Shown: positions 12,752 to 21,216 of the stretch, piece after piece | Layout: each line of letters begins with the position of its first letter | Numbering within the stretch: the stretch's first letter is position 1 | NCBI GenBank assembly: GCA_024644015.1 | Contig: JAHELV010000003.1 | Span: 44,166-108,165 of the forward strand | Length of the DNA stretch: 64,000 nucleotides | Direction: 5' to 3' | From: Nitriliruptorales bacterium | GTDB lineage: Bacteria; Actinomycetota; Nitriliruptoria; Euzebyales; JAHELV01 | Notes under the pieces: generated by a model | The model's input: the letters and a program-made list of their open reading frames with translations, nothing else | The model's database searches: none | What the model was told of the DNA's origin: nothing | Program-made: the position numbers and the translations under genes

Positions 12752-13450
12752 GTGGATGATCAGGTAGGCCCGCGAGAGCTCGGCGAGGACTGGACGAGCC
12801 GACTCGCCGAACTCGTCGCAGGGTCGCCCGTCAACCTCGTCTCGCGGCGCGACCGTGGTGACGTGCGCCGGCTACACATCGACGAGTGCGTACTGGTTGC
12901 GTCTGCACTGCGCCTCCGTCCCGGCGCGCGCTGGATGGACCTCGGGACCGGCGGCGGGTTGCCGGGCCTGGTGCTCGCCGGTGCGTTTCCCGGCGTGTCG
13001 TGGGTGCTGCTGGACGCACGAGCGAAGAAGGTCGATCAGGTCCGTTCCTTCGCGACCGCGTTGGGTCTCGCCAACGTCGAGGCGGTGCACGCCCGAGCGG
13101 AGGACCTGTGGTCCGACCGCACAGCAACTGGCGGATTCGACGGGGTGATCAGTCGCGCCGTTGGTTCGCTCGAGCACACCGCGGCGTTGGCACGCGGTTT
13201 CGTCACGACCGGGCAGATCGTCTCGATACGCGGACCGCGCGCGGTTCAGGAGGTCGAGCGGTTTGGCTCATCTGCCGACGATCTCGGCCTGCTGGTCGAC
13301 GAGGTGGTCAAGATCGACGGTACGATCCGGCCCACCTGGCTGGTGCGGATGCGTGGCCAGGGCCCGGCTCCGGCCGACTTCCCCAGCACTCGACGTACAC
13401 TGCTGCGTTCCACCCGTGGAGGAGCAAGTGACGGCCCTGCCCGAGCGTGA
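12752..13450 (+). CDS. rsmG: 16S rRNA (guanine527-N7)-methyltransferase RsmG (GidB)
   Basis: 232 aa. SAM-binding motif WMDLGTGGGLPGLVLA and the conserved position upstream of parAB. Confidence 0.9.
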   Translation: MDDQVGPRELGEDWTSRLAELVAGSPVNLVSRRDRGDVRRLHIDECVLVASALRLRPGARWMDLGTGGGLPGLVLAGAFPGVSWVLLDARAKKVDQVRSFATALGLANVEAVHARAEDLWSDRTATGGFDGVISRAVGSLEHTAALARGFVTTGQIVSIRGPRAVQEVERFGSSADDLGLLVDEVVKIDGTIRPTWLVRMRGQGPAPADFPSTRRTLLRSTRGGASDGPARA

Positions 13451-14315
13451 TCGCTGGTACGGCTACTGGCGGTCGGAGAAACGGTTTCACGTGAAACACG
13501 ACGACCCCCGCCACGCGCCGCCGGCGTCGGTGATCGTGGTCGCGAACCAGAAGGGCGGGGTCGGCAAGACGACGACGGCGGTGAGTGTGGCGTCGGCTTT
13601 GGCCCAGCAGTCGGTCCGTGTGCTCCTGGTCGACAGTGACCCGCAGGCGAACTGCACGTCGGGTATCGGCATCAGGTTGCGGGAGGGACAGCCGAGCATC
13701 TACGACGTGCTGAGCGACGGCCTGCCCGTCGCGAAGGTGATCGAGCAGACCGATGTGGCCAACCTGTGGTTGCTGCCGTCATCAATCGACCTGGCTGGCG
13801 CCGAGATCGAACTCGTGAGCGCCCTCAGCCGCGAACAGCAGCTTCGGCGAGCGCTCGACGATGTACGGTCCGACTTCGACATCATCATCGTCGACTGCCC
13901 GCCGAGCCTGGGCCTGCTGACGATCAATGCGATGTCAGCGGCCGACGGGGTCGTTGTGCCGATCCAGTGTGAGTACTACGCGCTGGAAGGACTTGGCGCG
14001 TTGACCCGGAACGCCGAACTGATCCGTCAGACACTGAATCGCGACCTGAAGATCACCGGCTTCGCGCTCACCATGTACGACGGGCGCACGAAGCTGTCCC
14101 ACGAAGTTGCCGAAGAGGTTCGGCGTCATTTCGGTGACCTCGTGTTCCAGACGCGGATCCCCCGCTCAGTGCGCCTCGCCGAGGCACCGTCGTATGGTCA
14201 GCCGATCACGGTGTTCGACCCTGGCTCGCGTGGGGCGGTTGCGTACCATCGTCTGGCCACGGAGGTCTGGGAGCGGGTGCTGGCCGCAGAAGCTGCTGCA
14301 AGGAGCACATCATGA
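13428..14315 (+). CDS. parA: Chromosome partitioning ATPase ParA (Soj)
   Basis: Deviant Walker A VANQKGGVGKTTTAV. Chosen start is GTG 13428, preceded by GGAGGAG (13418-13424). The upstream part of the 384-aa track ORF overlaps rsmG out of frame and looks artefactual. Confidence 0.92.
   Translation: MTALPERDRWYGYWRSEKRFHVKHDDPRHAPPASVIVVANQKGGVGKTTTAVSVASALAQQSVRVLLVDSDPQANCTSGIGIRLREGQPSIYDVLSDGLPVAKVIEQTDVANLWLLPSSIDLAGAEIELVSALSREQQLRRALDDVRSDFDIIIVDCPPSLGLLTINAMSAADGVVVPIQCEYYALEGLGALTRNAELIRQTLNRDLKITGFALTMYDGRTKLSHEVAEEVRRHFGDLVFQTRIPRSVRLAEAPSYGQPITVFDPGSRGAVAYHRLATEVWERVLAAEAAARSTS
13483..13498. other. parS centromere-like site 2 (inside the parA 5' coding region)
   Basis: GGTTTCACGTGAAACA has the same perfect 14-bp palindrome core (13484-13497). 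Confidence 0.85.
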
Positions 14316-15193
14316 GTCGGACCGGCGGGCTGGGGCGGGGGCTGGAGGCACTGATCCCGACGGCCACCGCGGAGCGGGATGGACTGCGGACGGTCGGTGT
14401 CGGACAGATCCAGCTGAATCCGATGCAGCCGCGAGAGGCCTTCGACCAACAGGCACTGGCGGAGCTTGCGCAGTCGCTGCAGACGGTTGGTCTGCTGCAG
14501 CCGATCATCGTGCGTGAGGTGGGTCCCGACCGCTACCAGATCATCGCCGGTGAGCGCCGCTACCGGGCGGCGCAACTGGCCGGCTTCCGCGAGATCCGGG
14601 CCGTGGTGCGGCACACCGATGACGACCAGCTCCTCACCGAGGCGCTGGTCGAGAACATCCACCGCGTCGATCTGAATGCGCTCGAGGAGGCTGCCGCCTA
14701 TCAACAGCTGCTCGATGATTTCGGTTTCACGCACGAGCAGCTCGCTGCGCGGCTCGGCAGGTCGCGGTCGGCCATCACCAATACGCTCCGGCTCCTCAGC
14801 CTCGGACCCGAGCTGCAACGCCACGTGGCTGCCGGCGCACTCAGCCCGGGGCACGCGCGCGCGTTGCTGGCGATTCCCGACCCGGACGTGCGACGTGACG
14901 TTGCGCAGCGGATCATGGCCGATGAGCTGTCCGTGCGAGCCGCCGAGCGGCTGGTCAGGCGAGTGCTCGACGAACCGTCGACGGAGCCGGACGCGGCACG
15001 TGAGCCCGACGGCGGACCGTACGTCGGGCTCCAGCGTCGGCTGTCCGATGCGTTCTCGACCAAGGTCCGCATCACCGGCACCCCACGGCGGGGGCAGGTC
15101 GTCATCGACTTCTCCGGCCAGGAGGATCTGCAACGACTCCTGGGCGTGCTGGAGGGCGGCGTGGGCCACGGGCTTGCGCGGGAGCCGGCGTAG
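14312..15193 (+). CDS. parB: Chromosome partitioning protein ParB (Spo0J)
   Basis: ATGA overlap with parA, with AAGGAG upstream. GLGRGLEALIP, the ParB box IIAGERRYRAAQLAG, and an HTH region. Confidence 0.93.
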   Translation: MSRTGGLGRGLEALIPTATAERDGLRTVGVGQIQLNPMQPREAFDQQALAELAQSLQTVGLLQPIIVREVGPDRYQIIAGERRYRAAQLAGFREIRAVVRHTDDDQLLTEALVENIHRVDLNALEEAAAYQQLLDDFGFTHEQLAARLGRSRSAITNTLRLLSLGPELQRHVAAGALSPGHARALLAIPDPDVRRDVAQRIMADELSVRAAERLVRRVLDEPSTEPDAAREPDGGPYVGLQRRLSDAFSTKVRITGTPRRGQVVIDFSGQEDLQRLLGVLEGGVGHGLAREPA

Positions 15194-15223
15194 CGCTGTG
15201 CGCGACGTCTCGACCCAGCGCGG

Positions 15224-16150
15224 TCAGACGGCGCCCGTCGCCAGCTGGATCATCCGCTCGCACAGTCCGTCGAACGGGAGTCCAGCGGCACCGGCGGACA
15301 GCGGGAGCAGTGAGGTCTCGGTCAGGCCGGGACAGGTGTCCACCTCGAGCACCCACGGCACACCATGCTCGTCGACCATCATGTCGGCACGCATGATGTG
15401 ACGGCAGCCCAGCGTGTTCCATGCCTGGACTGCGGCGTCCGCGCACGCGTTGGCCACGTGCTCGTCGAGGCGTGCAGGGACGTGGAACTCCGTTGCGCCG
15501 TGGGTGTAGCGCGCGGCGAAGTCGTAGGCGCCGTCCTTGGCGTGGATCTCGACCGCCGGGAGCGCGGTGCCGTCGACGATCGACACCGCGACCTCCGTGC
15601 CGGCGACGACCTGTTCGAGCAGGACGGCCGGGTGATAGTGGAAGGCCGACATCACTGCCGCCGCCAGACCTTCTCGGCGTTCGACCCGACGCACCCCGAG
15701 CGATGCGCCTCCCTGCACGGGCTTGACCATCAGTGGGAATGTCAGTTGGCCGCCGATCCGGTCGAGCGCTTGTCCGGCGCCATACTCCCGGACGGCGTCG
15801 GCGCTGAGCACCTGCCAGTCGGGCGTCGTGACCCCGTTGCGACGGAGCACGCCCTTGCTGACGCTCTTGTCCCAGGCGAGCGCCGACGCGGTCGCGTCGG
15901 AGCCGGTGTATGGCGCACCGAGCAGGTCGAGCAGGCGTTGGATGCTGCCGTCCTCGCCGGCCTGCCCGTGGAGCGCGAGGAACACCACCTCGACGGCGGT
16001 CTCGGTGAGCGCACCGACCAGTTGGGCGTCGAGGTCGAGTGGAATGACCTCGTATCCGCGTCCACGCAGTGCCTCGGCGACACGCTTGCCAGACCGTAGG
16101 CTGACCTCGCGCTCGAAGCTGGTGCCGCCGGACAGCACCGCGACCGTCAT
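15224..16150 (-). CDS. ddl: D-alanine--D-alanine ligase
   Basis: 308 aa. MTVAVLSGGTSFEREVSLRSGKRVAEAL, LHGQAGEDGSIQRLLDLLGAPYTGS, and an ATP-grasp C-terminal half. Confidence 0.9.
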   Translation of the reverse strand: MTVAVLSGGTSFEREVSLRSGKRVAEALRGRGYEVIPLDLDAQLVGALTETAVEVVFLALHGQAGEDGSIQRLLDLLGAPYTGSDATASALAWDKSVSKGVLRRNGVTTPDWQVLSADAVREYGAGQALDRIGGQLTFPLMVKPVQGGASLGVRRVERREGLAAAVMSAFHYHPAVLLEQVVAGTEVAVSIVDGTALPAVEIHAKDGAYDFAARYTHGATEFHVPARLDEHVANACADAAVQAWNTLGCRHIMRADMMVDEHGVPWVLEVDTCPGLTETSLLPLSAGAAGLPFDGLCERMIQLATGAV

Positions 16151-17409
16151 GAGCTGCTCCTCCGGGTCGTATCGCCGTACAGCGCCGCGCGTAGGGCGTC
16201 CTGGTCGCGGATCACTGTCGCGAGCCGGCGCACGCCCTCACGGATGCGTTCGCTGGTCGGGAAGCAGAACGACAAGCGCATCTCGGAGCCGCCGGAGCCG
16301 TCGGCATAGAACGCCCTCCCTGGAACGTATGCCACGCGTGCGTTGAGCGCACTTGGCAGCAGTTCCTTACTGTCCATGCCATCTGGGAGGCGCAACCAGA
16401 CGAAGAAGCCCCCGGTCGGGATACTCCACGAGCAGTCGTTGGGCAGCTGCCGGGTGAGCTCCTCCAACATGGCGTCACAACGCTCGCGGTACAGCTCGCG
16501 GAAACGGGCGACCTGGTCGAGCCACGGTTGGGTGGCCAGCCAGCGCTCGGCGACGTACTGCGTCAAGTTCGACTGGCTCAGGTCGGCCGTCTCCTTGAGC
16601 AACGTCAGCTTCGTCCGGATCGGCGCGGGTGCGACGGCCCAGCCGATGCGGATGCCCGGCGAGAAGATCTTCGACAGCGTTCCGAGGTAGATGACCCGTT
16701 CGGGTGCCATGGTGTGCAGGCATGGCAACTGCTCGCCCTTGAAGTCGAGCAAGCCGTACGGGTTGTCTTCGACCAGGAGCAGATCGTAGCGCGCGGCGCG
16801 TTCGACGAGGGCCTCGCGACGCGCCATCGACAGTGACACGCCGGCCGGGTTCTGGTGGTTCGGCACCGTGTAGAGGAACTTCGCGGCCCGCCCGGCGTGC
16901 TGGAGCGCCGCCATGGTGTCGTCCAGCGCTTCTGGTATCAGTCCGTGCTCGTCCATGTCGATGTGAACGACATGGCCTTGGTACGCTGAAAATGCACCTA
17001 ATGCACCGACGTATGCGGGTCCTTCGGCCAGAACGATGTCGCCGGGATTCAAGAAGAGCCGGCTGATGAGGTCGAGCGCCTGCTGACCGCCGTTCGTGAC
17101 GACCAGGTCGTCGGGATTGGCGTCGAGGTGTTCCGCGGTCATCACATCCGCGAGGCGCACGCGGAGCGCTTCGAGTCCCTGGCCGCCCCCGTACTGGAGC
17201 GCGGCCGCACCCTGGTCGCGGAGCACCGCCGTCGTCACCGCCGCCACGGCTTCGTTGTCCAGTGCGGCCGTGTAGGGCATACCACCAGCAAGCGAGACGA
17301 TCTCGGGCCTGGTCGCCACCGCGAACAGCGCGCGGATCTCCGACGCGGTCATCCCGCGGGCGCGGCGGGCGTACCGGCCCTGGTACGGATCGAGTCGGAC
17401 CTCAGTCAT
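16147..17409 (-). CDS. PLP-dependent aminotransferase, class I/II (ARO8/LysN-like)
   Basis: 420 aa. IVSLAGGMPYTAALD, NPDDLVVTNGGQQALDL, VPNHQNPAGVSL, and LGTLSKIFSPGIRIGW (PLP-lysine motif SK). Its stop overlaps the ddl start (ATGA at 16147-16150). Confidence 0.85.
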   Translation of the reverse strand: MTEVRLDPYQGRYARRARGMTASEIRALFAVATRPEIVSLAGGMPYTAALDNEAVAAVTTAVLRDQGAAALQYGGGQGLEALRVRLADVMTAEHLDANPDDLVVTNGGQQALDLISRLFLNPGDIVLAEGPAYVGALGAFSAYQGHVVHIDMDEHGLIPEALDDTMAALQHAGRAAKFLYTVPNHQNPAGVSLSMARREALVERAARYDLLLVEDNPYGLLDFKGEQLPCLHTMAPERVIYLGTLSKIFSPGIRIGWAVAPAPIRTKLTLLKETADLSQSNLTQYVAERWLATQPWLDQVARFRELYRERCDAMLEELTRQLPNDCSWSIPTGGFFVWLRLPDGMDSKELLPSALNARVAYVPGRAFYADGSGGSEMRLSFCFPTSERIREGVRRLATVIRDQDALRAALYGDTTRRSSS

Positions 17410-17636
17410 GACACTCGCCTCGTCGCGTCGGCGTCCCGCCGGTCATGCCGACCGAGCCTATCGAACCACCGGCCGATTCGCCGGTCGGCGGCCTCTTCGC
17501 ACGCCGCCGGCCCGGCCGCACCGTACACTGCGCGCTGGGCAGTGACCGCGCTGGGGCACCGGCACGCCGAGCCGATGACGCCGCGGCGGCCGCGGTCACC
17601 CGGTGGCCGAGGACAAGAAGAACCAGAGGTGGCCAA

Positions 17637-17786
17637 GTGCGCAAGCAGCAACCTGTCGACGCCGGTGACGTGGCCGACGTGGGCCCCACACCGCTGACGC
17701 GGGCGATCATCGGGCTGGCGGTCGGGCTGGCGGTCGGAGTGCTGCTTGCGCTGATCATGCCGCGCGGCCTGCTGCGACGCCGGTGA
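17637..17786 (+). CDS. Possible small single-TM protein (about 49 aa)
   Basis: The tail of the 113-aa track ORF reads VRKQQPVDAGDVADVGPTPLTRAIIGLAVGLAVGVLLALIMPRGLLRRR, a clear TM helix. Its stop overlaps the start of the next gene (GTGA at 17783-17786). The GTG 17637 start (GAGG 8 nt upstream) is a guess. Confidence 0.3.
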   Translation: MRKQQPVDAGDVADVGPTPLTRAIIGLAVGLAVGVLLALIMPRGLLRRR

Positions 17787-18406
17787 GCGATCGCGCTCGC
17801 CCGCTGACCGCGGCCGAGATCACGCATCTTCCAGTGGCGTGCCAGACGTGTGTCTTCTGGGAGCTCCCCAACTCGCCCCGCGGTCCGCAACCCCAGCGCG
17901 CGGCCGAGGCGACCGAGGCCAAGCACCTGTGGTACCGCTCGGTCGAGCTCGACTGGGGTGCCCCCGGGATCGTGCTGCGGGAAGGTGACACGACCCTGGG
18001 CTTCGCGACCTTCATGCCCGCCGGCCAGGCCCATCGCACCAGACGACTCGGCGCCACGCCGAGCGACGACGCGCTGGTGCTCGCCACGCTGTGGGTCGCA
18101 CCCGACGCGCGCGGCGCCGGCGTTGCGACGACCCTGCTGCACCGTGTGCTCAGGCGCGCCCACGACGCGGGTCTGCGCGCGGTCGAGGCGACCGGGGCGC
18201 GTGACGCCGCAGCACCCTGCATGCTGCCCGAAGCGTTCCTGGTGGCCAGCGGTTTCGTGGTGCACCACCACCATCCACGGTTCCCGCTGCTGCGGCTAGA
18301 TCTGCGTCAGACCGTCCGCTGGCAGGACGCGATGGAGCACGCGTTGGAAGGCGTACGGGCCGCACTGTCGCGCCGCGAGCGCCGAACCGCGCCGTCGACC
18401 CCCTGA
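17783..18406 (+). CDS. GNAT-family N-acetyltransferase-like protein (Rv3916c-like position)
   Basis: 207 aa. The core LATLWVAPDARGAGVATTLLHRVLRRAHDAGLRAVEA resembles the GNAT acetyl-CoA motif (Q/RxxGxG/A). N-terminus carries a CQTC pair. Confidence 0.65.
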   Translation: MSDRARPLTAAEITHLPVACQTCVFWELPNSPRGPQPQRAAEATEAKHLWYRSVELDWGAPGIVLREGDTTLGFATFMPAGQAHRTRRLGATPSDDALVLATLWVAPDARGAGVATTLLHRVLRRAHDAGLRAVEATGARDAAAPCMLPEAFLVASGFVVHHHHPRFPLLRLDLRQTVRWQDAMEHALEGVRAALSRRERRTAPSTP

Positions 18407-18443
18407 CGCGTCCCGGCGGCGCGCGCGGCTGCTCGACGCCGGG

Positions 18444-19541
18444 TCAACCGCCCACGCCGGCTGGTATCGGCGCCACGAAGAACCGTGCGATGCCCATCAG
18501 CAGTGCCGCCGCGATGGTCGCCTGCGATCGGGAGTCCACGAGTCGCGCCTCGTCGGCCGGTGAGGTCAGGAAACCGGGCTCGACGACCACCGCCGGCATG
18601 CGGGTCTCGCGCAGGATCGCCCACGTCATCGGATGCACACGGCAGTCCGGCACCCATTCGTGGGCGACCAGCTCGTCGAGCAGAGACTCGGCCAGTTGCA
18701 GCCCCGACTCGGAGACGAACTGCTGCGTGCCGAAGTAGTACGTCGCGGCTCCACGCGCTTCCGCGTTGGCGAGCGCGTTGATGCTGACGGAAACCACAGC
18801 GTCGACGTCGAGTTCGTTGGCGAGCCGTGCGCGCGCGCTGCCTGATGGTGAGGTCCGCGGACCGCGCGACAGGAACGCACTGGCGCCCACAGCGTTCAGG
18901 CGCGCCGCGAGCTGGCTGCCGATCGCCCAGGTGACGTCGGCAGCCATGACGCCGGACGGTCCGAGCGCGCCTGCGCTCTCGGGTCCGAATGCAGGATCGA
19001 CGAGCAGCCGGCGGCTGGTCAGGGACTGGCCGATCCATTCGCGCAGGCGTTCACGCTGCCGCGCGCGAACGCCCGCGCCGGGACGCTGGTGATCGCGGCG
19101 CAGCCGGCGCAGCTGCTCCGCCGTGGCCGGACCGGCACGCCCGTCGACCGCCATCCCCATGTTGCGCTGGAACTCCTCGACGGCGGCTTGTGTCGCCACG
19201 CCGAAGATGCCGTCTTCGTTGCCGGCATCGAAGCCCAGCTGGTTCAGCCGCTGCTGCAGCTCGACGACGTCGTCGCCCCGCAGTGGCACGCGGGTACGGA
19301 GCAGCAGCCGATCTCCCAGCCCGTAGCCGGCTTCGACGAGTGCCAGCCAGGTCTCTTCGGTGATGGCGCCGTCAGCCGGCAGCCCGCGCATGCGCTGAAA
19401 CTGGCGGACGGCCCGTTCGGTTTCGAAGTCAAAGCTTCCGCTCACAGCGACGTTGTCCATGCGCAGCCGGATGAGACGTCGCTGAACGTCAGTTACCTCG
19501 GGTCCCTCCGCGCCGCGGCCGAGTCCTGAATCTGCATCCAC
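18444..19541 (-). CDS. cwlM: CwlM-like N-acetylmuramoyl-L-alanine amidase with two peptidoglycan-binding repeats
   Basis: Two PG_binding_1-like repeats (GPEVTDVQRRLIRL...FDFETERAVRQFQRMRGLPADG and GDDVVELQQRLNQLGFDAGNEDGIFGVATQAAVEEFQ), then an Amidase_3-like domain. Position after trxB-trxA matches M. tuberculosis Rv3913-3915 (from memory). Confidence 0.85.
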   Translation of the reverse strand: MDADSGLGRGAEGPEVTDVQRRLIRLRMDNVAVSGSFDFETERAVRQFQRMRGLPADGAITEETWLALVEAGYGLGDRLLLRTRVPLRGDDVVELQQRLNQLGFDAGNEDGIFGVATQAAVEEFQRNMGMAVDGRAGPATAEQLRRLRRDHQRPGAGVRARQRERLREWIGQSLTSRRLLVDPAFGPESAGALGPSGVMAADVTWAIGSQLAARLNAVGASAFLSRGPRTSPSGSARARLANELDVDAVVSVSINALANAEARGAATYYFGTQQFVSESGLQLAESLLDELVAHEWVPDCRVHPMTWAILRETRMPAVVVEPGFLTSPADEARLVDSRSQATIAAALLMGIARFFVAPIPAGVGG

Positions 19542-19649
19542 GGGCCAGACGTTACCGCCTTCGCGGTCGACACGTCGATCGCTGGTGAGCGCGCGCCGGC
19601 CGAGTCTGTCGGCGCATGCGCCGGGCGCCGGCCGTGCGCCGCAAACTGG

Positions 19650-19976
19650 CTATCCGATGAACTCCGACACCTCGTTGAGCAGCTGCGCCTTGCCTCGTGC
19701 GCCCACGATCCGCTTGCGCTCGTCGCCATCGGCGAAGACCATCAGCGTCGGGATGGACATCACGCGGTATTTGCGAGCGATGTCCGGATTGTCGTCGACG
19801 TTGAGCTTGACGACCTTCAGGCTGTCGGGGTGCTCTGCTGCGACCTCTTCAACGATTGGGCTGACCATACGACACGGGCCACACCATTCGGCCCAGAAAT
19901 CGACCAGCACCGGCGTGTCTGCCTGGAGTACCTCTGTCTCCCAGCTGGTCTCGGTGACGGCGGTGGCGTTGCTCAA
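19650..19976 (-). CDS. trxA: Thioredoxin
   Basis: 108 aa with VLVDFWAEWCGPCRMVSP (WCGPC active site). TTG start preceded by GGAAAGG. Confidence 0.95.
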   Translation of the reverse strand: MSNATAVTETSWETEVLQADTPVLVDFWAEWCGPCRMVSPIVEEVAAEHPDSLKVVKLNVDDNPDIARKYRVMSIPTLMVFADGDERKRIVGARGKAQLLNEVSEFIG

Positions 19977-20103
19977 TCTTCTGCCTTTCCAATGAGAATG
20001 TCGGGCGGTCCAACGGGGAGCTGCGTGAGATTATTCCGCTGCGTCCGGCCCCACGGCGAACCCGGACCCGTACCTGGGCTGCCGCTCGCCACTGAGCCGG
20101 CGA

Positions 20104-21048
20104 CTACCAGTTGTGGGCGTCGATCCCCAACTGGTGCTCGGCATCGATTGCGGCCTTGCACCCCATTCCGGCCGCTGTGACGGCCTGCCGGTACGTGTGA
20201 TCGACCACGTCACCCGCCGCGAACACCCCGGGCACGCTGGTGCGGGTGCTCGGTTCGTCGACGACGATGTAGCCCTGATCGTCGAGCTCGACCTGGCCGT
20301 CGAACATCCTGGTCTCCGGGTCGTGCCCGATGGCGACGAACAAGCCGTCGGTCTCGAGCCGCCGCCGCTCGCCGGTCATCGTGTCCGTCAACTCGACGGC
20401 ACTCACCTTGTCGTCACCGAACACGTCGGTGACGACCGCGTTCCACACGAAGTCGATCTTGTCGTTTGCGAACGCTCGATCCTGCATGACCTTCGACGCA
20501 CGCAGCTCGTCGCGGCGGTGCACGACGGTGACGGCACTGGCGAACTTGGTCAGGAACGTCGCCTCCTCCATGGCCGAGTCACCGCCTCCGACGACGACGA
20601 GCTTGAGGTCGCGGAAGAAGAAGCCGTCGCAGGTGGCGCAGCTCGACACGCCTTTGCCGATGAGGCGCTGCTCATTGGGGAGGTCGAGCCACCGGGCCTT
20701 CGCGCCGGTCGAGATGATGATGGTCTTCGCGCGGTGCGTGTCACCGCCGACCCGGACGACGAACGGCGGGCCGGAGGTGAGGTCGACCTCGTCGACGTCC
20801 TGGGACAGGAACGTCGTCCCGAACCGCTCGGCCTGCTTGCGCATGTCGGCCATGAGCTCGGGCCCCATCACACCGTCGGGGAACCCCGGATAGTTCTCGA
20901 CATCGGTGGTCAGCATCAACTGCCCGCCAGCCGCGCGACCCTCGATCATGAGTGGTCGCAGCGACCCACGTGCCGCGTAGAGCGCGGCTGTCAGACCGGC
21001 CGGTCCGGAGCCGATGATGATGACGTCGTGCACCACGTCGTCGCTCAT
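20104..21048 (-). CDS. trxB: Thioredoxin-disulfide reductase
   Basis: True start is the ATG at 21048 (MSDDVVHDVIIIGSGPAGLTAALYAAR). Redox-active CATCDG and NADPH motif VVGGGDSAMEEA. The 115 upstream codons of the track ORF are an artefact. Confidence 0.95.
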   Translation of the reverse strand: MSDDVVHDVIIIGSGPAGLTAALYAARGSLRPLMIEGRAAGGQLMLTTDVENYPGFPDGVMGPELMADMRKQAERFGTTFLSQDVDEVDLTSGPPFVVRVGGDTHRAKTIIISTGAKARWLDLPNEQRLIGKGVSSCATCDGFFFRDLKLVVVGGGDSAMEEATFLTKFASAVTVVHRRDELRASKVMQDRAFANDKIDFVWNAVVTDVFGDDKVSAVELTDTMTGERRRLETDGLFVAIGHDPETRMFDGQVELDDQGYIVVDEPSTRTSVPGVFAAGDVVDHTYRQAVTAAGMGCKAAIDAEHQLGIDAHNW

Positions 21049-21096
21049 GTGGTGGTCAATTCCCCTCGTGTGGCGTTGATTCCCGACACCTCGTGC

Positions 21097-21123
21097 AACG
21101 CGGATCCCGGTGCAGGATATTCC
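21097..21123 (-). promoter_or_regulatory. Candidate ECF-type promoter (GGAAT-N18-CGTT) upstream of trxB
   Basis: The minus strand reads GGAAT atcctgcaccgggatccg CGTT, about 50 nt upstream of the trxB ATG. It resembles ECF -35/-10 architecture, and an adjacent SigM-like sigma is encoded nearby. Weak evidence from pattern only. Confidence 0.2.
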
Positions 21124-21204
21124 GCTTCCCTCCCGCGTGAGGGCGGCCTGGCCAGTGTCGGCCATCGACGTGGCACGGTGGTTGGTGGCCGACCGGCCTG
21201 CATC

Positions 21205-21210
21205 TAGGGT
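21205..21210 (+). promoter_or_regulatory. Candidate -10 (TAGGGT) for leaderless transcript of the 21217 gene
   Basis: TAGGGT, then 6 nt, then GTG start at 21217, with no SD. This is the TANNNT-N6-7-start arrangement typical of actinobacterial leaderless mRNAs. An identical TAGGGT-N6-GTG is found at sodX. Confidence 0.35.
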
Positions 21211-21216
21211 GGTGCT

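Noticed and set aside
19610-19623. Perfect 14-bp palindrome CGGCGCATGCGCCG between trxA and cwlM as an intrinsic terminator
   Set aside because: No U-tract follows on the transcribed (minus) strand, and the genes are probably co-transcribed. GC palindromes of this size are common in such DNA.
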